Below the pieces are notes generated by a model. It was not told the origin of the DNA and searched no databases. It was given only the letters and a program-made list of their open reading frames with translations. Below, piece after piece: positions 10,382-20,451 of a stretch of 64,000 nt of DNA. The position numbers and the translations under genes are program-made. Each line of letters begins with the position of its first letter. Position 1 is the stretch's first letter. Source of the stretch: a virus; IMG/VR virus record IMGVR_UViG_3300045988_177552, positions 98,231-162,230 of that record, one strand, 5' to 3'.

Positions 10382-12507
10382 CGTCTAAGGATATTCTGAT
10401 AATATTCTGGTCCTGTTTCCTTTCTTCTCGACTTCATAAACTTCTCGTTAAGCTGATTTCCATGCTCCCTGAGAATCCTGAGGTAAGTTTCAGAAGACAT
10501 TGAACCATATTCTCCCAGGTATAAGGCTAGTTCTTTAATGAGTTTCTCTTCAGTCTCTATTATGGCCTTCGTTTCTCCAATCAAACCACTCCAGTTCTCC
10601 TTAATCTGGAAATCAACCTGAGAGGCTCTAACATCCATACCTCCCGGAATACCAGAAGATGTGTTCTCGGATTCTCTATCTGAATATGAGATAAAGTTGT
10701 AATAACCGAGTCTATAGGCCGCTGTTGAGAAATAGTTCCAGGAATCCTCAATATCACTCCCCGAACCAAGTAAGCACATCTCGTCTTCAAAGAAATGATG
10801 CTCTGCCAAGTAACCTGCCATTCCTACTTTGGTTGATATATCCAAGTCGAGTTTTGAATCAATTTCTCCCTCTTGTTCCTTGTTATAGGTTGAACAGAAT
10901 CCGCCATGATCTGTAGCTACTGAAACGATAGTGTCTGGAATTTGGCCTGTCAGGAAGGAATAGACTACAGCATGTCCAGCCTCATGAACAGAACTAGCAT
11001 ATCTCTTCTTTCTCTTTTCAGGATTTCTAACTCCTCCTAAGTTAAGCCTCTGAGTATATTCACAAGACTTTCCACCATCGAAGGTCAGGAAGATTGTGAT
11101 TTCCTCCATCTTAAATCCCCTAGTCAAGACTTTTTCGACATCCTTAATTCCAATCACGACCTCCTTATCTCTTTCCCCTTTCTCAATTAGAATTTTTGAA
11201 AGATAGGGAGTAAGAATAGTATTGATTGTAGTAAAGACAGGCCTAACTCCTTGTGTTGGAAATACGCCCTCTACATATAAGAGTTGATAGATCTCCTCAC
11301 ATACCTTAATGGTAATGGGGTCAACCTTCTCATTAAACTCCTTGATAATCCTGAGGACTTCATTCTTTATGATTTCCTCAAAGTGCCTCTTCCCTAGGGT
11401 TGGATATTTAATCAAGTTATTCCCTAACCTAGCAACCTGTTCTGGCCTATATCTCTTAAGCATTGCCCTCTTGATATCAGCCACAGTAACCTTAGATGTT
11501 ATATCACAGAAAATGTCAGCGTTCATGTCAGGGTCTAGGTCATCAGATACTCGAAATGCTTCATCCAAGTTTCCTATGACGATAACTAAGGATCCTGAAC
11601 AATCAAGTTTCTTTGTGACAGGCATGAGTTTCTTCTTCTCCTTGATAAACTCTGTAAGCTCCTTCAAAGACCATGTCCTGCCTATAATTTCTTCCACTAC
11701 ATTAACTCCAAGCCCTGATTCAACCTCATTCAGTTTCTTAACCAGGGTCCTCAAGTGTCCAGTTTCTAGCAAGACGAATGGGCCTTTATCTTCTGTGTCT
11801 GTCTCCTCTTCTCCACCTTCTCCAAATTTCCTAAGATTGGAATAGTGAAGAAATCCGAGAGACTTTTTTATAGCTTCCACGTCATCCTTTCCGTGAATAA
11901 CATTATTCTTCACTACAATTCCAGGATGACTATCAGCAAATACGCAAAGATCATCAAAGAAGTTGCAGAATTGGCTAAAATCCCAGGAATAATTCTCGTT
12001 CATGTGAAGAATTCCACTATCCAGAATTGACCAGATAGGACGGAGACTAGGCTTTACACACTCACTTCCCTCCTCATCTATAGTCCTGGCATATTGAAAC
12101 TCGTCAAAAACAAATACAGACCTATCAAGTTTTATTATTCCTCCATCCATCCTAGTAAAGATAGACTCTTCTTTATCCAAGCCGAAGGAATCGCTAATCA
12201 TTCCTGCCAGGTCTTTACTGTCATTTGAACACTCTCCACAATCGAAGGTCATAGAATTTCTTTCCAATCCCAAGAGTTCAAGCAATCTCTTAACAATACT
12301 ACTCTTTCCAGTACCTGTCATTCCCCAAAGACTAACGATGACTGGCCTTGTAATAATCTCAGGCGTTATATACCAACTTGAGATATTTTCACCAAGTTCG
12401 TCAATAATCTTATCCAGGCCAACAAATTCCTGTTTAAGTATTGAAAGAGATTTTTCCAATGTTTTAATTCTTTCCGCTCTTTCTGTCGGTTCAATTACTA
12501 TTTTCAT
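10378..12507 (-). CDS. P-loop ATPase fused to an FtsH-like (M41) zinc metalloprotease domain; no transmembrane segment seen
   Basis: N-terminal GMTGTGKSS Walker A; C-terminal HEAGHAVV HExxH plus downstream D/G pattern like the FtsH protease domain. Confidence 0.6.
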   Translation of the reverse strand: MKIVIEPTERAERIKTLEKSLSILKQEFVGLDKIIDELGENISSWYITPEIITRPVIVSLWGMTGTGKSSIVKRLLELLGLERNSMTFDCGECSNDSKDLAGMISDSFGLDKEESIFTRMDGGIIKLDRSVFVFDEFQYARTIDEEGSECVKPSLRPIWSILDSGILHMNENYSWDFSQFCNFFDDLCVFADSHPGIVVKNNVIHGKDDVEAIKKSLGFLHYSNLRKFGEGGEEETDTEDKGPFVLLETGHLRTLVKKLNEVESGLGVNVVEEIIGRTWSLKELTEFIKEKKKLMPVTKKLDCSGSLVIVIGNLDEAFRVSDDLDPDMNADIFCDITSKVTVADIKRAMLKRYRPEQVARLGNNLIKYPTLGKRHFEEIIKNEVLRIIKEFNEKVDPITIKVCEEIYQLLYVEGVFPTQGVRPVFTTINTILTPYLSKILIEKGERDKEVVIGIKDVEKVLTRGFKMEEITIFLTFDGGKSCEYTQRLNLGGVRNPEKRKKRYASSVHEAGHAVVYSFLTGQIPDTIVSVATDHGGFCSTYNKEQEGEIDSKLDLDISTKVGMAGYLAEHHFFEDEMCLLGSGSDIEDSWNYFSTAAYRLGYYNFISYSDRESENTSSGIPGGMDVRASQVDFQIKENWSGLIGETKAIIETEEKLIKELALYLGEYGSMSSETYLRILREHGNQLNEKFMKSRRKETGPEYYQNILRR

Positions 12508-12521
12508 ATTTTCACTAGTAT

Positions 12522-12992
12522 TTATTCATTAATAGGGTTTTGCTCGGACCAGAGACGCAAAAATCTCTCTAAGTCAGTCATGGAAAAAGACGGAAATTCC
12601 CACTCAAGAGGATCACTTGAATCTAGAGTCACTGTTAAGGTCTTTTCAATAATAGGACCTTCACTAAACTTAACGTCTCCCTCCAAGATACACAACTGAA
12701 CTAGGTCCTTCCTCTCAATCAAACTCATTAACGACTTGAAATTAGTGGGGAATTTTTGCGGAAGACCTGTTTTAAGGAGGCCATAAAATATTGAGAATTC
12801 TACCTCCTCTTGCGGGTCCTCTAATAACTTGCGAAGTACTTCAAACATCACGTATTGACGGAAAGCACGTAGTTTGCTCTTCTTTCCAATCAAGAATACG
12901 GATGGATATGCTTCTCTGTTTACCCTTAAGGAGGGACACCTAATAATAACTCTTCCTTCCCTATACACGGAGACCTTAATTTCCATTCTCAC
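12522..12992 (-). CDS. hypothetical protein
   Basis: 156-aa ORF. Confidence 0.35.
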   Translation of the reverse strand: MRMEIKVSVYREGRVIIRCPSLRVNREAYPSVFLIGKKSKLRAFRQYVMFEVLRKLLEDPQEEVEFSIFYGLLKTGLPQKFPTNFKSLMSLIERKDLVQLCILEGDVKFSEGPIIEKTLTVTLDSSDPLEWEFPSFSMTDLERFLRLWSEQNPINE

Positions 12993-13956
12993 CTGTCAGA
13001 GTTAATCTTCCAATAAATTTTGCAGGCTCTTTCTCATAATAGAATACCATGTCCCTATCATCAGGATCAGGCTCAATTCCATTCAAGATTTCATATACTT
13101 GAGAATAATATTGCCGTTGAATTCCCTTGTATGTCGCTTTTCCATTGGTAAGGTCTGTTTTCTTGTAGACCCTAACAGTATGTCCATTCTGAGTAAGGAA
13201 CTCTATTGATGAAAGTCGGAAATTCTCTACCTTAACATTAATTCCAGTCTCATCGAATACCAAGTCCTCCATTCCTTCCAAGTCAACTTTCCCAGGTACC
13301 TCCAGGGTCATCTCATCATTACCTACTTGGATGATTGTTGAACCGGGTAGGTGACTATGAATCATAAGACCTGCCTGTCTCACTAGGTATTTTTCAACTT
13401 TAATCTGACTCTTAGCATTACAATTCCCTAAGATAACCTGCCTGAGATACTTTGATTCAGATACATACCACCTCAGGAGCTCTTTTCCATCTGGCATATA
13501 GGAAAGAAGCCATCTCTTATAGACATCATTAACCCTCTCCCCCTTCTTAGAGCCAAAGAAATCATCACTTAACCACATTAGGGCTTGAATATTTGCCTTC
13601 CTTAGGTCAATAGAGACATATGATTTTCCAATTCTAGCCTCATTATAGATATTTTCACCTCCCTGGCAGTTAATTTCCTGCGTCTTAGGGATAGGAGGTA
13701 GGTTTTTTAAGAGATCAAATGCAGGTGATCCATGAATACCTTGAATCAGGGACTCACGATAAGCATAAAAATCACTTAAGAAAGCTTCATAAGATCCACC
13801 ATATTCATTTTCAATTCCCTTGAGGAGCTTGGTCCATGATGTTTTTGATCCAAACTCTTTCTCAAACAAGGAAATTTGAAAACTCCAATATGGTTCTTCA
13901 TAAACAGTGACTGGTAATTTAAAATCATCTACAAATCTACTTTTTAATGTATTCAT
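12976..13956 (-). CDS. hypothetical protein
   Basis: 326-aa ORF, motif about 22 nt upstream of the ATG. Confidence 0.4.
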   Translation of the reverse strand: MNTLKSRFVDDFKLPVTVYEEPYWSFQISLFEKEFGSKTSWTKLLKGIENEYGGSYEAFLSDFYAYRESLIQGIHGSPAFDLLKNLPPIPKTQEINCQGGENIYNEARIGKSYVSIDLRKANIQALMWLSDDFFGSKKGERVNDVYKRWLLSYMPDGKELLRWYVSESKYLRQVILGNCNAKSQIKVEKYLVRQAGLMIHSHLPGSTIIQVGNDEMTLEVPGKVDLEGMEDLVFDETGINVKVENFRLSSIEFLTQNGHTVRVYKKTDLTNGKATYKGIQRQYYSQVYEILNGIEPDPDDRDMVFYYEKEPAKFIGRLTLTGENGN

Positions 13957-14034
13957 CTTATTTAAATTTTATAGTACATATATAAGGAAAAGGGAATTCC
14001 TTATAAGTGTAATGATAAAACAAAAATAAATTAT

Positions 14035-14406
14035 ATGTTTAATAGTAGAAAATTAGAAGTATTTGTATTACATCCTACGACAGGACATAAATCATATGAT
14101 GTCTATAGGGTAAAATATCAAAATCAAATACGAGATTACCTAGAAAAGAACAATTGTAGGAACCTGGTTAAGATTACACAGGCTGAACATGATGGTCGTA
14201 GAATTGATGTGCACCAGGAATCTACTGTACGGTGGAGACCTGGAGATATCTTAATCAAAGTTCCTGAAGGTGTAGACATATATTGGGGACTTAGGGACTT
14301 CTTGAATGACCTCAGTGAAGAAAGGGTAGCCAGAAATGAGCCCAGAGGTTTTAGGTGGTGTAGTCCTATTGAAGTTAGTACTGAAGAAGAGGCAGAAATC
14401 TTATGA
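14035..14406 (+). CDS. hypothetical protein
   Basis: first gene of a plus-strand operon 14035-17690. Confidence 0.4.
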   Translation: MFNSRKLEVFVLHPTTGHKSYDVYRVKYQNQIRDYLEKNNCRNLVKITQAEHDGRRIDVHQESTVRWRPGDILIKVPEGVDIYWGLRDFLNDLSEERVARNEPRGFRWCSPIEVSTEEEAEIL

Positions 14407-15452
14407 AAGGAAATTTCGGAATTAGGATTAGACGTGATAAGGAGAGAAACTATTATTCAGTCTGGCATAATTTAAAGACAACCAGGTTAGATGTAGGTGA
14501 ATCTAAGGACCTGAAGCCAGAAAGAAAAGAGTTTTATGATGTCGGCCTAGGGACAAAGTGTAATGCTATGTGTCCTTGGTGCTACGTATCTGCTAAGGGG
14601 GATGGTGAATTTTGGGAAAATCCATCGGAGATTTGGAAAAGGTGGATAGAAACATTCCCGTCCGATATCACCCTCACAGAAGATATGATGAGGGAGGATC
14701 CAGTATTTGAGGAACTATTCTACCCCGATAAAGGACAAGAATGGGATTCCTTGGATGCTGTGAAGTTATCAATGTTCTTAGTCTCTTCCAGATTAAGGCA
14801 TGATCCGATAACCCTTACCGAGAAGCCTTATCAAGTTGCAATCGGTAGTACAATGGAACCGACGATACATCCAGATTTCATAAAGTTCTTGGAAACGGTT
14901 CATTCTACTGGTGTTGTTCCAAACTATACAACGAACGGAATAACACTAGGGGGATCCAATAATCAAGAACTCCTAGAAGCAACTAGGGAATTTTGTGGTG
15001 GAGTAGCCGTATCTTTTGGTAATACCTTGATTAGGGATCAGGCGAGGAAAGCTATTAAGAACTTACTCAAGTACGATGAATATAAAGTCATGATTCACCA
15101 CTTGATTTCAGATAGGGAGAGTGTTGATGAAGTAGTCGACATTAGCAAAGAGTATAAGGGCCATATTCACTATCACGTCCTTCTCCCACTCATGAAACAT
15201 GGAAGATCGGAGAAAGGAATGGAAGATGACGGAACTTATCAATACCTAGCGGAGAAACTCGATAAGGAAGGAATAAAAAATGTCGCTTTTGGTGCTAATT
15301 TTCTCCCTTATATGGAAAAGTATCCAGGTCTCATTAAAGTCTATGAATACCCAAGTGAGATGTATAGTAATAATATTCTCTTGAAGGATGGGAAAGTAAT
15401 AATAACACCATCCTCATATAATCTGAACCCTATAATGGAAATTCAGGTATGA
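14403..15452 (+). CDS. radical SAM domain protein
   Basis: CX3CX2C (CNAMCPWC); overlaps upstream and downstream genes by 4 nt. Confidence 0.55.
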   Translation: MKGNFGIRIRRDKERNYYSVWHNLKTTRLDVGESKDLKPERKEFYDVGLGTKCNAMCPWCYVSAKGDGEFWENPSEIWKRWIETFPSDITLTEDMMREDPVFEELFYPDKGQEWDSLDAVKLSMFLVSSRLRHDPITLTEKPYQVAIGSTMEPTIHPDFIKFLETVHSTGVVPNYTTNGITLGGSNNQELLEATREFCGGVAVSFGNTLIRDQARKAIKNLLKYDEYKVMIHHLISDRESVDEVVDISKEYKGHIHYHVLLPLMKHGRSEKGMEDDGTYQYLAEKLDKEGIKNVAFGANFLPYMEKYPGLIKVYEYPSEMYSNNILLKDGKVIITPSSYNLNPIMEIQV

Positions 15453-15634
15453 TGACTATGGAACAGGTTATAATATTCTACAGTACATGTCAAGCTCCTA
15501 CCGAACGTGATCTCCTACGTGAAAGACTGGGAATGGAAGAGGAAGAGTTTGTTATGTATGAAGAATTTAAAGAAGGAAAGAACAGTAATTGGCTAATGAT
15601 AAATGAGTATTGTAGGCGTCCTTCAAAAGTATAG
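15449..15634 (+). CDS. small ORF (61 aa) translationally coupled to the radical SAM gene
   Basis: ATGA overlap with the rSAM stop; 2 Cys; acidic. Confidence 0.25.
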   Translation: MMTMEQVIIFYSTCQAPTERDLLRERLGMEEEEFVMYEEFKEGKNSNWLMINEYCRRPSKV

Positions 15635-16316
15635 TGAGATAACATTAGGGGAAGAATTACGTGGGCCATTACTAGGAACACTCTACAAAGAAGCAGAGCG
15701 GTACATTAGGCATATATATCTTGACAGGTTACACAGGACTTTCTTGTTTGACTTATTTCCAAGGAGAGGCTTAATAATTCCTTTGGAGATATTTTCAAGG
15801 TGGTTAGAACGCTTTGATGTCTCCAGAGTTGAAATCATATCTTCAGGAAGTTTCTTGTCCAGAATTCTCAAAGGTCCTGGATATGAGTCATTCAGTGGTT
15901 TGTTTCATGAGATAAACAGAACATGCTATTATCAAGGGGATCACTTCATTCTTGGGTTAATTCAATCTTTCAAGGATTCAACCCTTAATATGCAAGTGTT
16001 TCCTAATAACGAGGGATATATATTGCCTTATGATAGGTATTCCAGGAACTTTGGAAGAGATTGCCCATTATGGAACCTACTACCTGACGAAATTAGGTAC
16101 GGTGGGGCTAGTAGTATTAATGTTAAGTACCTGGATAGACGAGATGACCTATGTGTTTATGTAGGAAATTATGCTGTTATCTTCAAATTCAAGGATGACA
16201 TAGTTTTAATTTATGGAATCCTCGATCTCACTACAAGTAAATGGGTTTTCAATGAGAAATATGAACAAGTAAAAACATTATATAAGTATGAAAATAAAGA
16301 GAATAACTATTTTTGA
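15603..16316 (+). CDS. hypothetical protein
   Basis: 237-aa ORF in operon. Confidence 0.4.
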   Translation: MSIVGVLQKYSEITLGEELRGPLLGTLYKEAERYIRHIYLDRLHRTFLFDLFPRRGLIIPLEIFSRWLERFDVSRVEIISSGSFLSRILKGPGYESFSGLFHEINRTCYYQGDHFILGLIQSFKDSTLNMQVFPNNEGYILPYDRYSRNFGRDCPLWNLLPDEIRYGGASSINVKYLDRRDDLCVYVGNYAVIFKFKDDIVLIYGILDLTTSKWVFNEKYEQVKTLYKYENKENNYF

Positions 16317-17142
16317 ATGGTTCGGATCAAGGGATAACTTCTACTTAGAGTTGGATCCTGATGTTACGATCTTGAAAGGGAAAAATCAAACAGGGAAGAC
16401 GCTTTTCCTTCGCGATATTGAGTCCCTAGTGCAATGTGTCAGGAAGAATAAGACAACAGGAAGGGCTGAATGGAGTGGAGATACTACAGACGTCTTTGCT
16501 AGGGTAGAATTTGATGCTCCCAATACGACTGCAATGTGGGTTTCAAGAGAACTAACTGAAGCTAAAAGTCATGATGTCTACAGTGCTAAGAACTATAATC
16601 ACAATACACAGGACCTCATCAGTATTTGGGACCCTGAAACTGTCTTAGATATACAGACCCTTAACGACTTGACTGTAGAGAGTATTGATCTGATCTACTC
16701 TAAGATGAAAGATGAAGATCAGGATAAGGTCTTAAAAGCAATGAACTACGTGATGGGAGGAGACGAGACAATAGTAACTATCTATGAGATGGTAGCTTAC
16801 AATTCCTCTGCATTCAAAGTTAGATTCGCTGGCAAGAAGACTATGGATATTAGCCAACTTTCTTTCGGAGTAAAGATGTTATTCAATATCCTGATCAATA
16901 CTCCGGTGGGCGAAGGAAAGATCTACTTTATTGATAGTCCGGAACTTGGCATTAGTGATGACTGGAGTTCTAGGGTAATAACTGGAGTGAAAATGATTAA
17001 TCCGGATTGTCAAGTCTTAGTAACAACGAATCAGATCATGGTTGGAGATGAATGGCCTAAGAAGATGAAATCTATAAGTTCTTGTCTCCGTAAGGTTATT
17101 CCGACGTCTCCCACTAAGAAAGAAGAAGGAGGTGAAGCATGA
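16288..17142 (+). CDS. ABC/AAA_21-like ATPase
   Basis: Walker A GKNQTGKT, Walker B-like IYFIDSPELG. Confidence 0.5.
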   Translation: MKIKRITIFEWFGSRDNFYLELDPDVTILKGKNQTGKTLFLRDIESLVQCVRKNKTTGRAEWSGDTTDVFARVEFDAPNTTAMWVSRELTEAKSHDVYSAKNYNHNTQDLISIWDPETVLDIQTLNDLTVESIDLIYSKMKDEDQDKVLKAMNYVMGGDETIVTIYEMVAYNSSAFKVRFAGKKTMDISQLSFGVKMLFNILINTPVGEGKIYFIDSPELGISDDWSSRVITGVKMINPDCQVLVTTNQIMVGDEWPKKMKSISSCLRKVIPTSPTKKEEGGEA

Positions 17143-17690
17143 AGAAGCTAATTTCACGTTTCATCTTAGGAATCCTTGGTTGGAAGCTGGAAGGAGAATG
17201 GCCTAAGGATGTGAGGAAAAGTATAATTTGCTTTGCTCCCCATACCTCATATTCAGATGGATTTATAGGGAAACTCTTCTTCTGGCAACTTGGAGTAAAA
17301 CATAAATGCATGATGACCAAGAAATATTTCAATTGGATAACATCACCATTCCTGAGACTCTTCGGTTTCATTCCGGTAGGTGGTGTTAAAGGTCATAATG
17401 CAGTCTTAGATGCCGTTGGATATCTTAAGGAATCGGATGAGTTGAATATCCTGATCTGTCCAGAGGCTCACTTAAGAAAAATAGAGTCATGGAACTTAGG
17501 ATTCATCAGGATAGCAGAGAAAGCGAAGGTTCCTATCGTCTTTGGATATCTGAATTATAAAGATAAGAAGGGAGGAATCTTGGGATATACGGAATCTTCA
17601 GAATGGGTTAATGTAAAATCTGAGATCTACACAACCTATGAGAAAGAGTGGGCTAAGTATCCAGAGAAGTTTTCATTCCCCATGAACTAA
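17139..17690 (+). CDS. PlsC-like lysophospholipid acyltransferase
   Basis: HX4D (APHTSYSDG) and PEG-like block (ICPEAHLRK). Confidence 0.5.
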   Translation: MKKLISRFILGILGWKLEGEWPKDVRKSIICFAPHTSYSDGFIGKLFFWQLGVKHKCMMTKKYFNWITSPFLRLFGFIPVGGVKGHNAVLDAVGYLKESDELNILICPEAHLRKIESWNLGFIRIAEKAKVPIVFGYLNYKDKKGGILGYTESSEWVNVKSEIYTTYEKEWAKYPEKFSFPMN

Positions 17691-17699
17691 AAAAAAATA

Positions 17700-17736
17700 A
17701 AGGATAAGGTTTCTTAGTATTCCTTATCTTTTTTCT
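17700..17736 (+). terminator. intrinsic terminator hairpin plus T-tract after the plus-strand operon
   Basis: gataagg / ccttatc stem with 12-nt loop followed by TTTTTT. Confidence 0.45.
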
Positions 17737-17814
17737 TCCCTGGAGTAAAAAAAAGGAAAGGCCTATCTTCACAGACGAGCCAATCCAAAGCAAAACTTAT
17801 CATCGAATTTTTTT

Positions 17815-18009
17815 TTATGAAATAATAGTACTAGCAATACCTTTGACAGTTTCTAGTTCTTTTCTCAAGCTTTTGTTCTCTTTCCTCAGAGTAACCGTCT
17901 CTTCAGTTAGCCTTCGGATTTTACTTTCAAGCCTTTCGATCTTCTCTACTAAGCCTTTAATACTCTTTTCATTTCCGAGTACTTTCTTTTGCATAGTATC
18001 TTCTGTCAT
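17815..18009 (-). CDS. small coiled-coil protein
   Basis: 64 aa heptad-like K/E/L repeats. Confidence 0.25.
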   Translation of the reverse strand: MTEDTMQKKVLGNEKSIKGLVEKIERLESKIRRLTEETVTLRKENKSLRKELETVKGIASTIIS

Positions 18010-18030
18010 TGGTTTTCGGAATTAGTTATA

Positions 18031-18774
18031 TTACTCTTTCCTTCCTACGCTATATATCTCATTTATTCCAAGACATCTATATCCAGTTTCTCCATAGTGA
18101 CCCGTCAGAGATTGATGATGGTGTCCATAAAACCACTGAGAACACCTTACTTCATACAAAACATGATCGAGATATCTCCTGGTATTCAAGACCTTTTCCC
18201 ATGTCTCATAAGCAACATCATCTCCTCTCATTGGAATAGGTAGGAAACTCATTGGGGCTTCATGTGAGACAACTATATCTACACGTGTAGGTAATCCCCT
18301 CTCTTTAACAATGGGACTTTCATTTTCCCACCAGACTCTTCTCCTTGAACCAAACCTGATTAATCTATCATTCTCCTGTCTCCTACTTCTGAGTCTTCCA
18401 TAACATCCGGGCTTATCTATATCTACTGACACAGCTCCGCCAACAGGATATATTAAGAATCCACATAGGGTCACAGGAATATGATCAGGCAGGAAATGAA
18501 GCCTGGAGTAATCATGTTCTCCATCAAACCAAGAAGGATCATCATGGTTTCCTCTGATTGTATAGAGAGTCAAGTTATTTTTCTCTAACTTATCCTTTAC
18601 TTTATCATAGAGGACATCCATTGACTTAGGACCACCAAACCCAACTCCGAAGTCTCCAACTATCAAGATATCAGAGTCCCTAACCTTTTTCTGAATCACT
18701 AAGGTATGCACTAAGAGTTTTAATTCTCCGTGTATATCTCCACAAATATATAAACATTTCTTTTCCATATTCAT
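18031..18774 (-). CDS. calcineurin-like metallophosphoesterase (Ser/Thr phosphatase-like)
   Basis: GDIHG, GDFGVGFG, GNHD motifs. Confidence 0.6.
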   Translation of the reverse strand: MNMEKKCLYICGDIHGELKLLVHTLVIQKKVRDSDILIVGDFGVGFGGPKSMDVLYDKVKDKLEKNNLTLYTIRGNHDDPSWFDGEHDYSRLHFLPDHIPVTLCGFLIYPVGGAVSVDIDKPGCYGRLRSRRQENDRLIRFGSRRRVWWENESPIVKERGLPTRVDIVVSHEAPMSFLPIPMRGDDVAYETWEKVLNTRRYLDHVLYEVRCSQWFYGHHHQSLTGHYGETGYRCLGINEIYSVGRKE

Positions 18775-18816
18775 CAGTAAGGTTTTAGGTTCTTCAAGGG
18801 CGCGTTTTCCTTAATT

Positions 18817-19536
18817 ATGAATATGATTATAAACATTAATAATATGAAACGAGACTTTAGAAAATTTTTTAAGTCAAGACATCCATTTGAGATGACAGTA
18901 CTTGACGATTATGAGAAGAAGACTAAGACAGGTCTGATCACTCCCTACGTTACTAGGGAAAGCCAAGAAAGAATGGTTCAGGTCGATGTATTCTCGGAGT
19001 TAATGAGCAATAGGATCCTCTTCTTTGGGGATGAGGTTAATTCAGATACCTCCAATATCGCTCTTTCCCAGCTTCTGTACCTTCATGCAAATTCTCACGA
19101 ACCCATCACAGTTTACATCTCATCACCTGGAGGAGCTGTATATAATGGATTGGCACTCTACGATACGATGCAGCTTGTGGGGAAAGATTGCATAGTAAGG
19201 ACTGTCTGCTTGGGATTAGCAGCTTCAATGGGTAGTATTCTCATGGTCGGTGGAACAAGGGGTCATAGATCTGCGCTTGAACATAGCCGTATCATGATTC
19301 ACTCTGTATCAACTGGTTCAGATAGAGTTACGTATCCTGACTTGAAGATCTTAAGCGAAGAAACAGGAAAACTGAACGATGAACTGATGACAATCCTTTC
19401 AGAGAAGACAGGAAAACCGATCGAAGAAGTTATAAAAGATGCTGGAAGAGATTGCTGGCTTAAGGCGAGTGAATGTTTGCCTGGAGTTTATGGAAAGTTT
19501 GGACTTATTGATAGTATAGTTACTACTTTGCAGTAA
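18817..19536 (+). CDS. clpP: ATP-dependent Clp protease proteolytic subunit
   Basis: ClpP family hallmarks: ILFFGDEV, SSPGG, GLAASMGS (active Ser), His/Asp region. Confidence 0.85.
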   Translation: MNMIININNMKRDFRKFFKSRHPFEMTVLDDYEKKTKTGLITPYVTRESQERMVQVDVFSELMSNRILFFGDEVNSDTSNIALSQLLYLHANSHEPITVYISSPGGAVYNGLALYDTMQLVGKDCIVRTVCLGLAASMGSILMVGGTRGHRSALEHSRIMIHSVSTGSDRVTYPDLKILSEETGKLNDELMTILSEKTGKPIEEVIKDAGRDCWLKASECLPGVYGKFGLIDSIVTTLQ

Positions 19537-19650
19537 TTTTAGAGAAGGACTGGCTTGTGATAAGTCGGTCTTCTTTTTTTTTTCTTCACCCAGGACAAAA
19601 AAAAAGAAAAGGCAGGCTCATTGTCCATACCTTTTCAGTTCAGTCTTAGG

Positions 19651-20451
19651 CTATCCTATAGAAGTCTCAATCTTAGCTCCAAAGCTCTCAACAAGTTCAC
19701 CCCAAAGTCTCTCGGTTGCTTCACACTTTGTATTGATAGCAGCCATACAGTCATCCAGGATTATTAATTTTCCCTGGAACCTAGAGTCATTCATGAGGTC
19801 AATCAGAGTATACCTTACACAATAATCCTTTGCAAATCCAGCCACAAAGATATTATCGTACTCTGCCATGTCATCGAGAGCCTCTGTAACCCAGGAAGGA
19901 GAAGTTCCGTCAGCATAGGAGAAAGCTGAATACATCTCAGCTCCATCATACTCTCCCTTGTCGATAATCTTATAATGCCGATTCATATCCCTTGTCCAGA
20001 GATTAAGAGAGAACATTAGGTTATCGGGGAATTGCTGTCCTGTTGATCCATGAAGACAATGTTCAGGCCAGATATGATGCATCTCTCCCTTAGCCTCTAT
20101 AGCATTTAAGTACTTGAGTGCCTCCTCCTTGGTTATATAGGCTGGCTCATAGACTCCTGCTTCAACCTGCTTAGCAGAGATTGTTATAGGATAATTGTCT
20201 ATAATATGCCTTGGATTTCCCTCTAACCAAGCAAAGGGAGTTCCAATGTGAGTTATGAAGTGATTATCCCTTGTCAGAGTTATATCGCTGATAACCCCAA
20301 CGTTTCTATAAATGTCAATGAATGAACAAAGTCTCTTCATTGCATCTACTGCTCCCATTACGTACAATTTTCCTGAGATGTCGACAAAATCAATCTGTGC
20401 ATCAATGACCAGGAGCAGATTTTTCTTTCCTTTCAAGTCGCTAAATTTCAT
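19651..20451 (-). CDS. pncA: nicotinamidase / isochorismatase-family hydrolase
   Basis: LLVIDAQIDF N-terminal Asp motif, conserved Lys and Cys (DYCVRYT) spacing typical of PncA. Confidence 0.55.
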   Translation of the reverse strand: MKFSDLKGKKNLLLVIDAQIDFVDISGKLYVMGAVDAMKRLCSFIDIYRNVGVISDITLTRDNHFITHIGTPFAWLEGNPRHIIDNYPITISAKQVEAGVYEPAYITKEEALKYLNAIEAKGEMHHIWPEHCLHGSTGQQFPDNLMFSLNLWTRDMNRHYKIIDKGEYDGAEMYSAFSYADGTSPSWVTEALDDMAEYDNIFVAGFAKDYCVRYTLIDLMNDSRFQGKLIILDDCMAAINTKCEATERLWGELVESFGAKIETSIG

